Shown here: positions 28,363-37,250 of the stretch, in pieces
Position numbering within the stretch: position 1 is the first letter of the stretch
How the letters are laid out: each line of letters starts with the position of its first letter
Assembly: GCA_963809895.1 (NCBI GenBank)
Contig: CAWELD010000003.1
Coordinates: 3,200,001 to 3,264,000, forward strand
Direction of reading: 5' to 3'
Length of the DNA: 64,000 nucleotides
Origin: an uncultured Gemmatimonadales bacterium
GTDB lineage: Bacteria; Gemmatimonadota; Gemmatimonadetes; Longimicrobiales; Gaopeijiaceae
The notes under the pieces: model-generated
Databases searched by the model: none
What the model saw: only the letters and a program-made list of their open reading frames with translations
What the model was told of the DNA's origin: nothing
Position numbers and translations under genes: made by a program

Positions 28363-28857
28363 ATGGAGGTAAGTAGAGCGAACTCGGCCGACCAACAGGT
28401 CGCAGAGGCCCTTCGCTGGATTAGCGAGATCTTCGATCGCATCGGCGCACAGTACCAAGTCGTGGGCGGACTCGCCGCGCGTGCGTATGGGGCGACTCGT
28501 CCCCTGATCGACCTCGACTTCTATGTCCGAGCCGAAGATCTGCCCCGAGTATTGGCTTGTGTGGGCGACTCATGTGTTTGGGGACCAGAGCATTTCAAGG
28601 ACGAGAACTGGGACCTGACGTTCGCCAAGCTCGAGAGGCGGGGAGTTCAGATTGAGTTGGCCGAAGCGGAAGGAGCTCGATACTACAGTCCGGGCACCGG
28701 TGAGTGGCTGGACCAGGACATCGCATTCCAGGACTCCGAGCGACACACGGTGCTTGGGGTGGAGATACAAGTGATGCGCAGGGGCCAGCTCGTCGCGTAC
28801 AAGCGAGCCTTGGATCGCCCGGTAGACAGGCTGGACCTCAGTGAGATAGCGGAATGA
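28363..28857 (+). CDS. nucleotidyltransferase-superfamily protein
   Basis: VVGGLAARAYG..R...DLDF and YKRALDRPVDRLD. Confidence 0.75.
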   Translation: MEVSRANSADQQVAEALRWISEIFDRIGAQYQVVGGLAARAYGATRPLIDLDFYVRAEDLPRVLACVGDSCVWGPEHFKDENWDLTFAKLERRGVQIELAEAEGARYYSPGTGEWLDQDIAFQDSERHTVLGVEIQVMRRGQLVAYKRALDRPVDRLDLSEIAE

Positions 28858-28931
28858 GCGTGGGGCGATGCCGAGGAAGTAGCCCGACTGAGAACCGGAT
28901 CCAACAGGCGGGTCGCCGACCATGCCACTGC

Positions 28932-29023
28932 GTATATCAAACGGGTACCGCCTTCGCTCACTACGTTCGCTCCAGAGAACACGGCTCGCGTTGCAGCCGC
29001 GTCGGTACCCCGACACGTTATCA
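28932..29023 (+). repeat. attC-like site, family B (left box degenerate)
   Basis: GGGTACCG...CGGTACCC-cgacac-GTTATCA; core similar to the site at 14424. Confidence 0.75.
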
Positions 29024-29113
29024 GACACACGAACAAGAAGGCGGAGTGGAGCCGGGGCGCGTTGGCGGGGTAGAAGGCCCATTGCGCTGCTCAGATTGCC
29101 ATGGAGGTCTCAA

Positions 29114-29344
29114 ATGCGAACCGGTGCCGAAGAGCTCGAATTGGCGGTTCTCTCTCTCCCGGCGGGAGATCGTGCTCGGTTGGCGAGACGCCTGATCGAG
29201 AGCCTTGATCAGGACCCCGAGATCGAAGCGGCTTGGGAGAAGGAAATCGCTCGACGGGTAGCCAAGATCGAGTCCGGCGACGCGACACTCGTTGCTGCGA
29301 AGGACGTGTTCTCGGAGGCGCGTCGCCTGATCGATGCGTCGTGA
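29114..29344 (+). CDS. addiction-module antitoxin
   Basis: LSLPAGDRARLARRLIESLD...AWEKEIARR. Confidence 0.85.
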   Translation: MRTGAEELELAVLSLPAGDRARLARRLIESLDQDPEIEAAWEKEIARRVAKIESGDATLVAAKDVFSEARRLIDAS

Positions 29345-29631
29345 CCCTCCGGTTCGAAGCGGAAGCAGCTGAGGAGTTCTACCGCGCGATCCAGTACTAC
29401 GAGGGCCAGTCTCCAGGCCTCGGTGCGGAACTCCTCGCCGATCTCGAGCGCTTGGAAGGCCTGCTCATCGCGAATCCTGAGATGGGCAGTCCTGGTCCAA
29501 TACACACCCGCCGTGTGCTTCTCTCACGGTTTCCATTTGTTCTGGTCTACCGGCTCTTTGACGGTGAGCCGGTCGTCCTCGCCTTCGCTCATCAACGGAA
29601 GAAGCCAGGGTATTGGCTAGATCGGGTCTGA
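29341..29631 (+). CDS. ParE/RelE-family toxin
   Basis: AIQYYEGQSPGLG, RFPFVLVY and AHQRKKPGYW. Confidence 0.85.
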   Translation: MTLRFEAEAAEEFYRAIQYYEGQSPGLGAELLADLERLEGLLIANPEMGSPGPIHTRRVLLSRFPFVLVYRLFDGEPVVLAFAHQRKKPGYWLDRV

Positions 29632-29640
29632 GCGCTGTAC

Positions 29641-29665
29641 CGGTCGGTACCCTGGAACGTTAAGC
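29641..29665 (+). repeat. truncated attC-like site (right half of family B)
   Basis: GTCGGTACCC-tggaac-GTTAAGC. Confidence 0.65.
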
Positions 29666-29721
29666 GCCATGACGTGGACGGAGTGCAGGAGGCAGCATTC
29701 GTCTCGAAGGAGGAGGTGTGT

Positions 29722-29949
29722 GTGACCCGGCTCCAAGGTCAGTACTTAGCGTTCATCGCTGTCTATACCAAGATCAATGGCAAGGCGCCTGCGGAAGCTG
29801 ATTTGCAGAGGTACTTCAAGGTGACCCCACCGAGCGTCCACGATATGATTCTGCGGCTTGAAGCATCGGGATACGTACGCCGCACGCCGGGACGGGCGCG
29901 ATCGCTGGAGGTTCTCATACCAGAGGAGGAGGTGCCACAACTTGAATAG
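29722..29949 (+). CDS. LexA/MarR-like winged-HTH protein
   Basis: QGQYLAFI...PAEADLQRYFKVTPPSVHDMILRLE..G. Confidence 0.75.
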   Translation: MTRLQGQYLAFIAVYTKINGKAPAEADLQRYFKVTPPSVHDMILRLEASGYVRRTPGRARSLEVLIPEEEVPQLE

Positions 29950-30321
29950 TACCTGTCGGAGGTCGGCACGCATCCGATGGTGTGAAGGATGTGGTCTCGT
30001 GAGGTCCGACAAGAGCTTCAATCGGATAGGGCTCATTGGATAGGATCCGCATTCCCTTCGGGTCGAGAATCGACGTCCCGCTGGCTCAGAAGCATCGTGA
30101 GCTGATCCGTGAGCATACGTTCATCGATCCTGAGACTGAACGTGCCTTGAACCTGGCAGTCTCTGATGGGGCGAACCTCCTGGCCCGATTGAGAATGGAG
30201 GACCTCGACGATCTCATTAGGGGGATCCGTAGATAGGAAGGCGAGTTGGCTACAGTATGGATGGTGGGTGGAGGAGGTCGGCCCGTTCTCGTTACGGCTT
30301 ATCCATGGAAGGGGGAGACGC

Positions 30322-30546
30322 ATGAACGAACTAGACACGGTTGTGCTACGACGCGCTCTGCCGGACTTCGGTCTGGTGGAAGGTGATGTCGGAGCCATCG
30401 TCCATGTCCACGCCCCCGATGCATTCGAGGTTGAATTCGCGACCGGTGAGGGAACGACGCTGGCTGTCGTGACGCTCCGGGCAGCCGACCTGCGGCCGAT
30501 CGACGCTCACGAGTTGCTTCACGTCCGCACGGTCGCGCACGGCTGA
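30322..30546 (+). CDS. DUF4926 domain protein
   Basis: ELDTVVL...GLVEGDVGAIVHV....FEVEF. Confidence 0.8.
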   Translation: MNELDTVVLRRALPDFGLVEGDVGAIVHVHAPDAFEVEFATGEGTTLAVVTLRAADLRPIDAHELLHVRTVAHG

Positions 30547-30589
30547 CCCGGCGGATGTCGACGGTGGGACCTGCACGGACAGCGGCAGC

Positions 30590-30684
30590 AGCGAACTGAA
30601 AAGTTGCCGCCGCCGTTCGCTCACGCTCACTTCGGTGAAGCACGGCCCTGTTCGGGCCGCGCCGGCAACTCCGACACGTTAGAA
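30590..30684 (+). repeat. attC-like site, family C
   Basis: AGTTGCCG...CGGCAACT-ccgacac-GTTAGAA; core similar to the site at 22587. Confidence 0.8.
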
Positions 30685-30687
30685 GAA

Positions 30688-31173
30688 ATGGGCCGTGTCA
30701 CGGGCGAAGTCGAAGGAGTAGCGGTGTTGAACAGTGCATTTCGCCTTGCGACGGTTTCTCTTCTGATCGTATGCTTCGGAGCCAAAGGCACTCAACTCTC
30801 CTCGTTACCCGCCTGTTTCGACGTGACGTCCTCGCCCTGGAACCTGCGGGCCGATGAGGTGCCTCGTGCGGCCCGACTGACGCTGACTTCCGAGCCATTC
30901 TACTTCGAGCTCTACGGCCCCGATCCTCTCGGATTCCGCGCGACACTCTTCTTCGAAACCGGCGACTCTGCCTCCTTGGCCTGGCATCTCTCCGAGGGGA
31001 ACGACACTCTGTCCGCGTCGTTCGGGGTCCACGAGCGCTATGCCCTGATCGTGACTCCCGCCGGCGATCGGACTCTCGACGGCGAACTGCGGTGGGAAGA
31101 CGACGGCGGGGGAACCGCAGTGTCATCTGTGCTGCTCCATCCTGTGGGTTGCGCCGAGGTGGCTAGACGATGA
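30688..31173 (+). CDS. hypothetical exported protein (cassette)
   Basis: Single ORF between GTTAGAAG and CTTCTAAC. Confidence 0.55.
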   Translation: MGRVTGEVEGVAVLNSAFRLATVSLLIVCFGAKGTQLSSLPACFDVTSSPWNLRADEVPRAARLTLTSEPFYFELYGPDPLGFRATLFFETGDSASLAWHLSEGNDTLSASFGVHERYALIVTPAGDRTLDGELRWEDDGGGTAVSSVLLHPVGCAEVARR

Positions 31174-31317
31174 CGGTCAACGCCCGGCGGTCGAGGGAGA
31201 CCTGACTACCCAAGTTGAGGAGAGTCAGCGGTCAGCTTCGTCCGACCGCGGCCCACTCCTTCTAACAGGAAGGCTTCCGGCTCCGCGCCGCTGGCGCGGC
31301 CTCCGTCCCAACCGGCC

Positions 31318-32781
31318 TCCATGAGAAGGCCCGCCGTGTCAAGCTCGGTCGCATCATAGTTCGAGTCGTGCCCTCGCCGTGCCTCCATTCGCAGTCCTGG
31401 TCGGCCGCTCGGGCCTGCTGCATGCTGGTGTCCGTCCCTGCCGGGCGCTGCAATCCCTTTGACGGTCTTGAGAGACCTGGGCCGGTAGCGCAGTCACCCG
31501 GACAGGGCGTCGAGCGCGTCTCGTGTCGTGAAGCGACCTCGTGGTCGTCGGAACCTCCGAGTGTGATCGGTGCGATTCGTGTCGGTTCAGGGGATCAGGC
31601 GGCGACCTCCGCGCCGGCCTCCGGGACCTCCGTGTCGGCGTTGTGCAGCGGCTCGTAGACCTCACCCGTGACCCAGAGTCGGTGAAGGAGCACGGCCAGT
31701 TTGCGGGCAACCGCGATGATGGCCCTCCTCTTGGCCGCCGGCCCGCCTCGTTCCGCGAGCCGGAGTCCCCAGCGTCTCAGATCGGTGTCCGGTCCGAAGG
31801 GTCCGAGGACGTAGTGGGCCGACTGCACGAGGAGGGTGCGGAGCATCCGGTCGCCGGCCTTCGTGGTCGAGAGCTCCGGACTCGACTCGCCTGACTGGTG
31901 CCGTCGAGGCACAAGCCCCAGGTAGGGGCCCACAGCCCGGCTCGTGGAGAACCGATCCGGGCTCTCGAGCGTCAGCAGGTAGGTGAGCGCCGTGAGCGTT
32001 CCCACGCCTTGCACCTGCGTGAGCACCCTCGTCTCCGGATAGTTCGTGCGCGCCAGCTCCTCGATCCAGCGATCCATCTCTCTGATCTGCGACGTGAGCT
32101 CGGCGATCGTGTCGAGGACCGGGAGCAACGCCGCGTACAGCGGTTCGGGGATATCCTCCTCGACCTTCCAGTGGAAGCTCTCCGTCGAGCAGGGCGGCAA
32201 CCGACCACCCATCGCCTTGACGGTCGAGCGCATGTGATTGACCAGCGCCGTCCGGGCCTCGACCAGGGCGCTCCGGGACCGGATCACCGCCAGGTCCGCC
32301 TGCGCGTCCTCGCTCCGGTGGATGACCGGTGCCAGTAGCTTCGGATCGAGCCGTCCGACCCGAGCCAGGTACTCGGCATCGGCGCGGTCGCTCTTCTGAT
32401 CGTTCTCGTAGATGAACCGGAGCTTGCGAGGATTGGCGACGATCACCTCGTGGCCCAGGCCGTGGAGCAGCCGACTGATCCACGGCGAGTGGGGCCCCAC
32501 CTCGAGAACCACCCGCGTCGGCTCCTCGCGCTCGAACCGACGGGTCAGCGCCGGCGCCGAGGTCGAGAGCCGCGATTCCTCGACCACCTCGCCCGACGCG
32601 TCCACCACGCACAGGTGACTCACTCGGTCGCTCACGTCCAATCCGATTGTCCGCTCCGGTGCCTTCGCCGTATCTTGCATTCGGCCAACCTCCGTGCCTT
32701 GGGCTTCGAGCCCGCTTCTAGTTTGGGGCGCCCGAAAGGGTAACCCCGACTCCGCCGGGGGTTGGCCTTCTCATTTCATCC
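31318..32781 (-). mobile_element. IS110-family, IS1111-type element
   Basis: IRs ATGAGAAGGCC (31321-31331) / GGCCTTCTCAT (32764-32774), 3 and 7 nt from the ends; no target duplication. Confidence 0.88.
31595..32680 (-). CDS. IS110 transposase, intact
   Basis: IGLDVSD, VLEVG, KSDRADA, GLVPRRHQSG and AVARKLA. Confidence 0.92.
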   Translation of the reverse strand: MQDTAKAPERTIGLDVSDRVSHLCVVDASGEVVEESRLSTSAPALTRRFEREEPTRVVLEVGPHSPWISRLLHGLGHEVIVANPRKLRFIYENDQKSDRADAEYLARVGRLDPKLLAPVIHRSEDAQADLAVIRSRSALVEARTALVNHMRSTVKAMGGRLPPCSTESFHWKVEEDIPEPLYAALLPVLDTIAELTSQIREMDRWIEELARTNYPETRVLTQVQGVGTLTALTYLLTLESPDRFSTSRAVGPYLGLVPRRHQSGESSPELSTTKAGDRMLRTLLVQSAHYVLGPFGPDTDLRRWGLRLAERGGPAAKRRAIIAVARKLAVLLHRLWVTGEVYEPLHNADTEVPEAGAEVAA

Positions 32782-33052
32782 CACGAGCAGCTGGAAGACC
32801 CTGGCGGAGCGGGCGGCACTCAGCGTCACCTGCGAGTGAGCGGTTGGGACGGGGGCCGGTTCGGAGGCCCTAGAACGTTATCAGCCATTGCCCGGACGAG
32901 AGGATCGCGGGAGCGTGAGTGAGGCATGCTGCGCGCCGCGCGCCTCTGGCCGGGTGCGGCCCGGAGGTCGAGGATCTTGCGAGCATGAGTGCCCGGAGCA
33001 AGTGTTGGCGAACGAGGAGGGCCCTCCCGAGCGAGTGAGGGGTAATCAAAGC

Positions 33053-33280
33053 ATGAACTACCGAGACCGAATCACCATCGAACCAGGCAAGCGGAGCGGC
33101 AAGCCGTGTATCCGTGGCATGCGGATCACGGTTTCGGACGTGCTCGACTACCTGGCGTCCGGGATGACGGAGGACGAGATCCTGGCGGAGTTCCCAGATC
33201 TCGAGAAGGACGACATCAAGGCGGCTCTTGCGTTCGCAGCGGACCGGGAGCGTCGGTTGATGTCGGTGCCTCCAGCATGA
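33053..33280 (+). CDS. DUF433 antitoxin-like protein
   Basis: RITIEPGKRSGKPCIRGMRITV. Confidence 0.88.
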   Translation: MNYRDRITIEPGKRSGKPCIRGMRITVSDVLDYLASGMTEDEILAEFPDLEKDDIKAALAFAADRERRLMSVPPA

Positions 33281-33284
33281 TCCT

Positions 33285-33617
33285 GTGAAGCTCCTTTTCG
33301 ATCAGAATCTCGCTCCCCGCTTGGCTCGCGATCTCGCCGACATCTTCCCGGGCTCGGTGCACGTTCGTGGCCTGGGAATGGCACAGGCCTCGGATCGACA
33401 GATCTGGGATCACGCGAGAGAGGAGGGCTTCGTGATCGTGTCGAAGGACAACGACTTCCAGCAAATGAGCTTCGTATTCGGCGCTCCGCCGAAGGTCATC
33501 TGGATCCGCCGCGGGAACTGCAGTGTGGAAGAATCCGCAGGGGTCCTGCGGGAGAACGCAGCTCGGATAGGCGAGTTCGAGATCGATCAAGTGGCTACCT
33601 ACCTTGTCCTGTCCTGA
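33285..33617 (+). CDS. DUF5615 PIN-like toxin
   Basis: MKLLFDQNL, IVSKDNDF and PPKVIWIRRGN. Confidence 0.88.
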   Translation: MKLLFDQNLAPRLARDLADIFPGSVHVRGLGMAQASDRQIWDHAREEGFVIVSKDNDFQQMSFVFGAPPKVIWIRRGNCSVEESAGVLRENAARIGEFEIDQVATYLVLS

Positions 33618-33631
33618 CAGACGGCAACGGC

Positions 33632-33733
33632 TGATAACAGGCTGGGTTGCCACTCGCGTCGGCCTGCGGCCGGTGCGGCCCTTCGGGACACCCGCCCCGC
33701 GGGCGGGCGTCGGGAACCGCCGGAACGTTATCT
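33632..33733 (+). repeat. attC-like site, distinct family (102 bp)
   Basis: TGATAAC...GGTT...AACC-gccggaac-GTTATCT. Confidence 0.75.
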
Positions 33734-33824
33734 GAAGCTGGCTTCGCAACCCCCACTCACGCGTCGCGACGGGAACTGACTCGGAGGCTCTGGCGTAAGT
33801 ATACCAGTATCGGTATACTCGTTC

Positions 33825-34193
33825 ATGAGTGACGCGACGCCCAAGCCGGTGTTCTGGCTCGGATCGGCCCGATCGGACCTACGCTCGTTCCCGGAGGAGG
33901 TCCGCACGGACGTGGGCTTCGCCCTCTGGGTGGCACAACGGGGTGGACGGCCCGCCCAAGCGAAGACGCTCAAGGGAATCGTCTCCGGTGCGGGCGTGCT
34001 CGAGCTGGTCGAGCGCCACGACGGGGACACCTATCGGGTGGTGTACACAGTACGGTTCGCGGATGCCGTGTACGTACTCCACGCATTCCAGAAGAAGTCG
34101 AAGCGCGGAATCAAGACGCCGAAGCATGAGATCGACCTGATTCGGTCGCGGCTCAAGGCCGCGGAAGAGCACTACGGTGGGAGCGGACGATGA
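33825..34193 (+). CDS. RelE/HigB (Gp49-like) toxin, copy 2
   Basis: Near-identical to the copy at 27388, with an intact start. Confidence 0.85.
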   Translation: MSDATPKPVFWLGSARSDLRSFPEEVRTDVGFALWVAQRGGRPAQAKTLKGIVSGAGVLELVERHDGDTYRVVYTVRFADAVYVLHAFQKKSKRGIKTPKHEIDLIRSRLKAAEEHYGGSGR

Positions 34194-34519
34194 CCAAGGA
34201 CCAGATCGAGGAGAGTTCGGGGAACGTATTCGCGGACCTAGGTCTCGCCGAGGCGGAAGAACTCCATACAAAGGCTCAGCTTGCGCATCGGATCGGCGAG
34301 ATCGTTCGCGGTCGCCACCTCACGCAGGCCGAGGCTGCGGACGTGCTTGGTGCGACGCAGCCGATCGTCTCGAGGCTGATGCGTGGCCAGCTGCACGGAT
34401 TCTCGCTAGAGCGTCTCATGCGGTTCCTCAACGCTCTGGACCGCGACGTTGAGATCGTGGTCCGGCGCCGGCCACGGAGTCGAGATCACGGCGAGACACG
34501 GGTGAAGGTCACCGGCTGA
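34190..34519 (+). CDS. XRE/HigA-type antitoxin, copy 2
   Basis: Protein identical to 27729-28058. Confidence 0.85.
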   Translation: MTKDQIEESSGNVFADLGLAEAEELHTKAQLAHRIGEIVRGRHLTQAEAADVLGATQPIVSRLMRGQLHGFSLERLMRFLNALDRDVEIVVRRRPRSRDHGETRVKVTG

Positions 34520-34611
34520 CCCGTCGAGTAACGACAGTCACCCGCTTGGAGAGACGCCCGAGTTGGGTTCGTTTCAGCCGCTCTGGTTCTCCGACCAGCG
34601 AAGCCATCAAC

Positions 34612-34680
34612 AGATAACTCCAGGCTCCCGGCTCCGCACCGCTGAACGCGGCGCTCCGTCCCAACTGGCCTCGGCCGTCT
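34612..34680 (+). repeat. truncated attC-like site (left half only)
   Basis: Matches the 28151 site up to CGGCCGTCT, then joins the VapBC cassette leader. Confidence 0.8.
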
Positions 34681-34717
34681 CTCCGGTGAGCCTCATGTTG
34701 TCCGGGAGGGCTGAGCC

Positions 34718-34948
34718 ATGAACGACGAGTCTACAAAGGATGAGGTGGTCGAGGAGTTGAACCGATTGGCCGAAGCCGATCGGCGTCGGGTCCTGGACTA
34801 CGCTCGTTCACTCGGCCGCCGCGTCTCGAAGGGCGTGGCCGGCGACTCACTTCTGTCGTTGGCTGGGTCGTTACCAGAGGCGGAGGCATCGGCCATGGAG
34901 GCGGCCATTGAGGATGGGTGTGAGCGAGTGAACCTCGGTGCCTGCTAG
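34718..34948 (+). CDS. putative VapB-like antitoxin, copy 2
   Basis: Near-identical to 26483-26713. Confidence 0.7.
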   Translation: MNDESTKDEVVEELNRLAEADRRRVLDYARSLGRRVSKGVAGDSLLSLAGSLPEAEASAMEAAIEDGCERVNLGAC

Positions 34949-35324
34949 GGCACTTCTCGATACGAGTGCTGTCGTCGGGCTCCTGCGCGGCGATACGTCT
35001 GCAGTAAAGAAGGTCTGATCTCTGGACGAGGCATTCACGAGCATCGTGGTAATCGGCGACTCCTTTACGGAGCTCGCCTCTCGACGGGTGCAGAAACGAA
35101 CCTGGCGCTGGTTGCCTCGTTTGCGTCGTCGATCACCGTCCTCGCCTGCGACCGCGTGACGGCGGAAGCGTACGCACGTCTGAAGCATGGCCTGCGAGCC
35201 AAGGGGCGTCCGATCCCGGATAACGACCTATGGATCGCGGCCACGGCGGCGCGAGCGTGGTGACCCTCATCTCACGCGACGCGCACTTCGTGGTATCGAG
35301 GAACTCGGCCACGAGTCCGTGTAG
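34938..35324 (+). pseudogene. VapC/PIN toxin pseudogene
   Basis: GGA>TGA change relative to copy 1 plus indels; retains KGRPIPDNDLWIAATA and SRDAHF. Confidence 0.8.
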
Positions 35325-35471
35325 GCCTCGAGCTTCATAAACGGGACGTTACGCGAAAACCGACACCGACCGGAGAGACGTGGCGTTCAGGAGTCGAACG
35401 CTGCAGCGTAGGGTATGGGGTGAAGGTCGGAACTGGGTGGGCTCGCGCCAACTGGTTGATTTGGAGGACGG

Positions 35472-35930
35472 ATGTCGGAGCGAATCGTCTCGGACCCTGA
35501 GATTATGCTTGGTAAGCCCGTGGTCCGTGGCACTCGGATCACGGTGAGAGCATCGTCGAGCGACTCGGAGCCGGCGAATCGGTTCAGGCGATCGTCGATG
35601 CCCATCTACGCCTCACGCGACAAGACGTCCTCGCTGCGATCGCCTTTGCTGCTGAGGCACCAAGTCGGTGGGTGCATACCGGATTTCCACCGGCGCCGCG
35701 TGAAGCTCCTCTGCGACGAGGGAGTCGAACGCCATATCGTCGACGCTCTGCGCTCGTCCGCTCACGAGGTCACCTACGTTGCCGAGATCGCTCCAGCATC
35801 CCAGCGGAGGTCCTCCGGCGGGCCGCCGAGCGGGAGGCCATCCTGGTCACCTCTGACAAGGACTTCGGTGAACTCGTCTACCGGCAGGGACGAGCGCACG
35901 CAGGTATTGTCCTGCGGGACTGGGATGGAG
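35472..35930 (+). pseudogene. DUF433 plus DUF5615 TA pair, frameshifted
   Basis: RIVSDPEIMLGKPVVRGTRITV, KLLCDEGV and LVTSDKDFGELVY lie in different frames. Confidence 0.75.
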
Positions 35931-36175
35931 TCCGAGCGCTCTTCTACCCGAGCGCCCTTCTTCATAGCGAACTGACCTTGCCGGACAGGAGCCACCAGTC
36001 CGGGACTTGGACGGCTCTCCGGACTCTGATCCCGTGGGGCGCGGCATCAATGCCGTACATCTTCTGCGCCGGGACGGGGCGTGGCGCATCACCGGCCTCA
36101 TCTTCCAGATGGAGAGAGGCACGGCCGGGATTCCAGATCGCTACCTCTGACCTGCGGGTACCTGGACACGGGCCG

Positions 36176-36244
36176 CCGTAACGGATAGGCGAGGCGAGGG
36201 GGAGGAACTCGTTGCGAACTCCGGTTCGCGCGCACACGTTGGCC
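36176..36244 (+). repeat. degenerate attC-like site
   Basis: CCGTAAC...cacac-GTTGGCC; left box nearly complements GTTACGC at 35348. Confidence 0.45.
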
Positions 36245-36335
36245 GGGCTCAGTAATCCCGATCGTCCGTCCGGCTGGACGCCGCAGCCAATGGAGAGAGG
36301 CCATTCGTAGATCGTATCGTTCGATCCTGATCCTG

Positions 36336-37001
36336 GTGATGGGGCTGAGTCCGGCCGTGGTGCTTCCAGCGCGGGCCAATGCTCAGGCCGCAGAGCGGAA
36401 TGCCGCGATCGTAGAGCATTGGGTCAACCAGTCCTTGGCTGGCGACCTTTCCGGAGCGGACACCCTCCTCGCTGCGCACGTCACGTTGCACGCCGTCCCC
36501 GGCACGACCACGAGGACTCGTCGCGCCTTCCTCGATTTCCTCAGCAACGGTGTTGCGGAGGGCGGCAGGCTTCAGGTTAGCCAGATCGAGGTGTTCGGAG
36601 AGGGCGACGAGGTTTGTGTCCTGTATTCGGCTGACGGCCATGACGGTCCGGTGAGCGCGGTCCGGTTCTATCGTGTCGTGGATGAGCGAATTGCCGAAGC
36701 CTGGTGGGGGCCATCGGCTGAAGTACGCTGGTCTTGGGACAACGAGCTCAATGGTGACCTCGATGTCCAAGCGAACCGGCAGGTCCTGGCCCGCTGGTAC
36801 GAGGACGTCTACGCTGAGGGGGACTGGCAGCTGGTTCCTGACCTCGTTGGCCCGACCTTCCTGCGCCATGAGGACCGGGAGTTCTCCAGGGCCCGGAAGA
36901 GTACCGTGACCGTCTCAGCCGCATGTTTGGAAGCTGCTCTGAGGCTCAGGTATGAAGTAGTGGGGACACGACAAGGTCGCCGTCATCGGGAGAGTACCTG
37001 A
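36336..37001 (+). CDS. SnoaL/NTF2-like protein, probably frameshifted at the 3' end
   Basis: NAAIVEHW...GD...FYRVVDERIAEAW, repeated architecture. Confidence 0.55.
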   Translation: MMGLSPAVVLPARANAQAAERNAAIVEHWVNQSLAGDLSGADTLLAAHVTLHAVPGTTTRTRRAFLDFLSNGVAEGGRLQVSQIEVFGEGDEVCVLYSADGHDGPVSAVRFYRVVDERIAEAWWGPSAEVRWSWDNELNGDLDVQANRQVLARWYEDVYAEGDWQLVPDLVGPTFLRHEDREFSRARKSTVTVSAACLEAALRLRYEVVGTRQGRRHREST

Positions 37002-37250
37002 TGGGAGGGGGTTCCTTCAGGCCTGGCGCGTTCGTGACGGCCGCCTTGTGGAGAGTTGGTGGGCGCCGGGTCTTGCTGAATGGTGAACCTCGTGCGGGGC
37101 GGCCATCGCTGGCACCGCCTGACCAGGGTTTCAGCCTCACGGCGGAGGCCGGAGGGTCGGCTGGTTGTTCGGCTTGCACCTACAACCGCCGCTGCGCATG
37201 TTGCTCCCGCGCGTTGAACCCCAAGTCTTCAGGCGGCGGAGGACGTCGAC

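Larger units (their letters stand above)
31260..32883 (+). repeat. attC-like site, family A, interrupted by an IS1111
   Basis: TTCTAAC...ACCGGCC [IS] CACGA...CGGAGGCC-ctagaac-GTTATCA; removing 31318-32781 restores the family consensus. Confidence 0.85.

Noticed and set aside
13152..33733. CRISPR array interpretation of the repeats
   Set aside because: The repeats are long and variable, separate whole genes, and no cas genes are present.
37170..37240. Possible eroded site (CTACAAC...CCCCAAGTCTTCAGGC); similar weak candidates near 39655, 44498 and 58739
   Set aside because: No intact arms or clear end complementarity; too degenerate to call.
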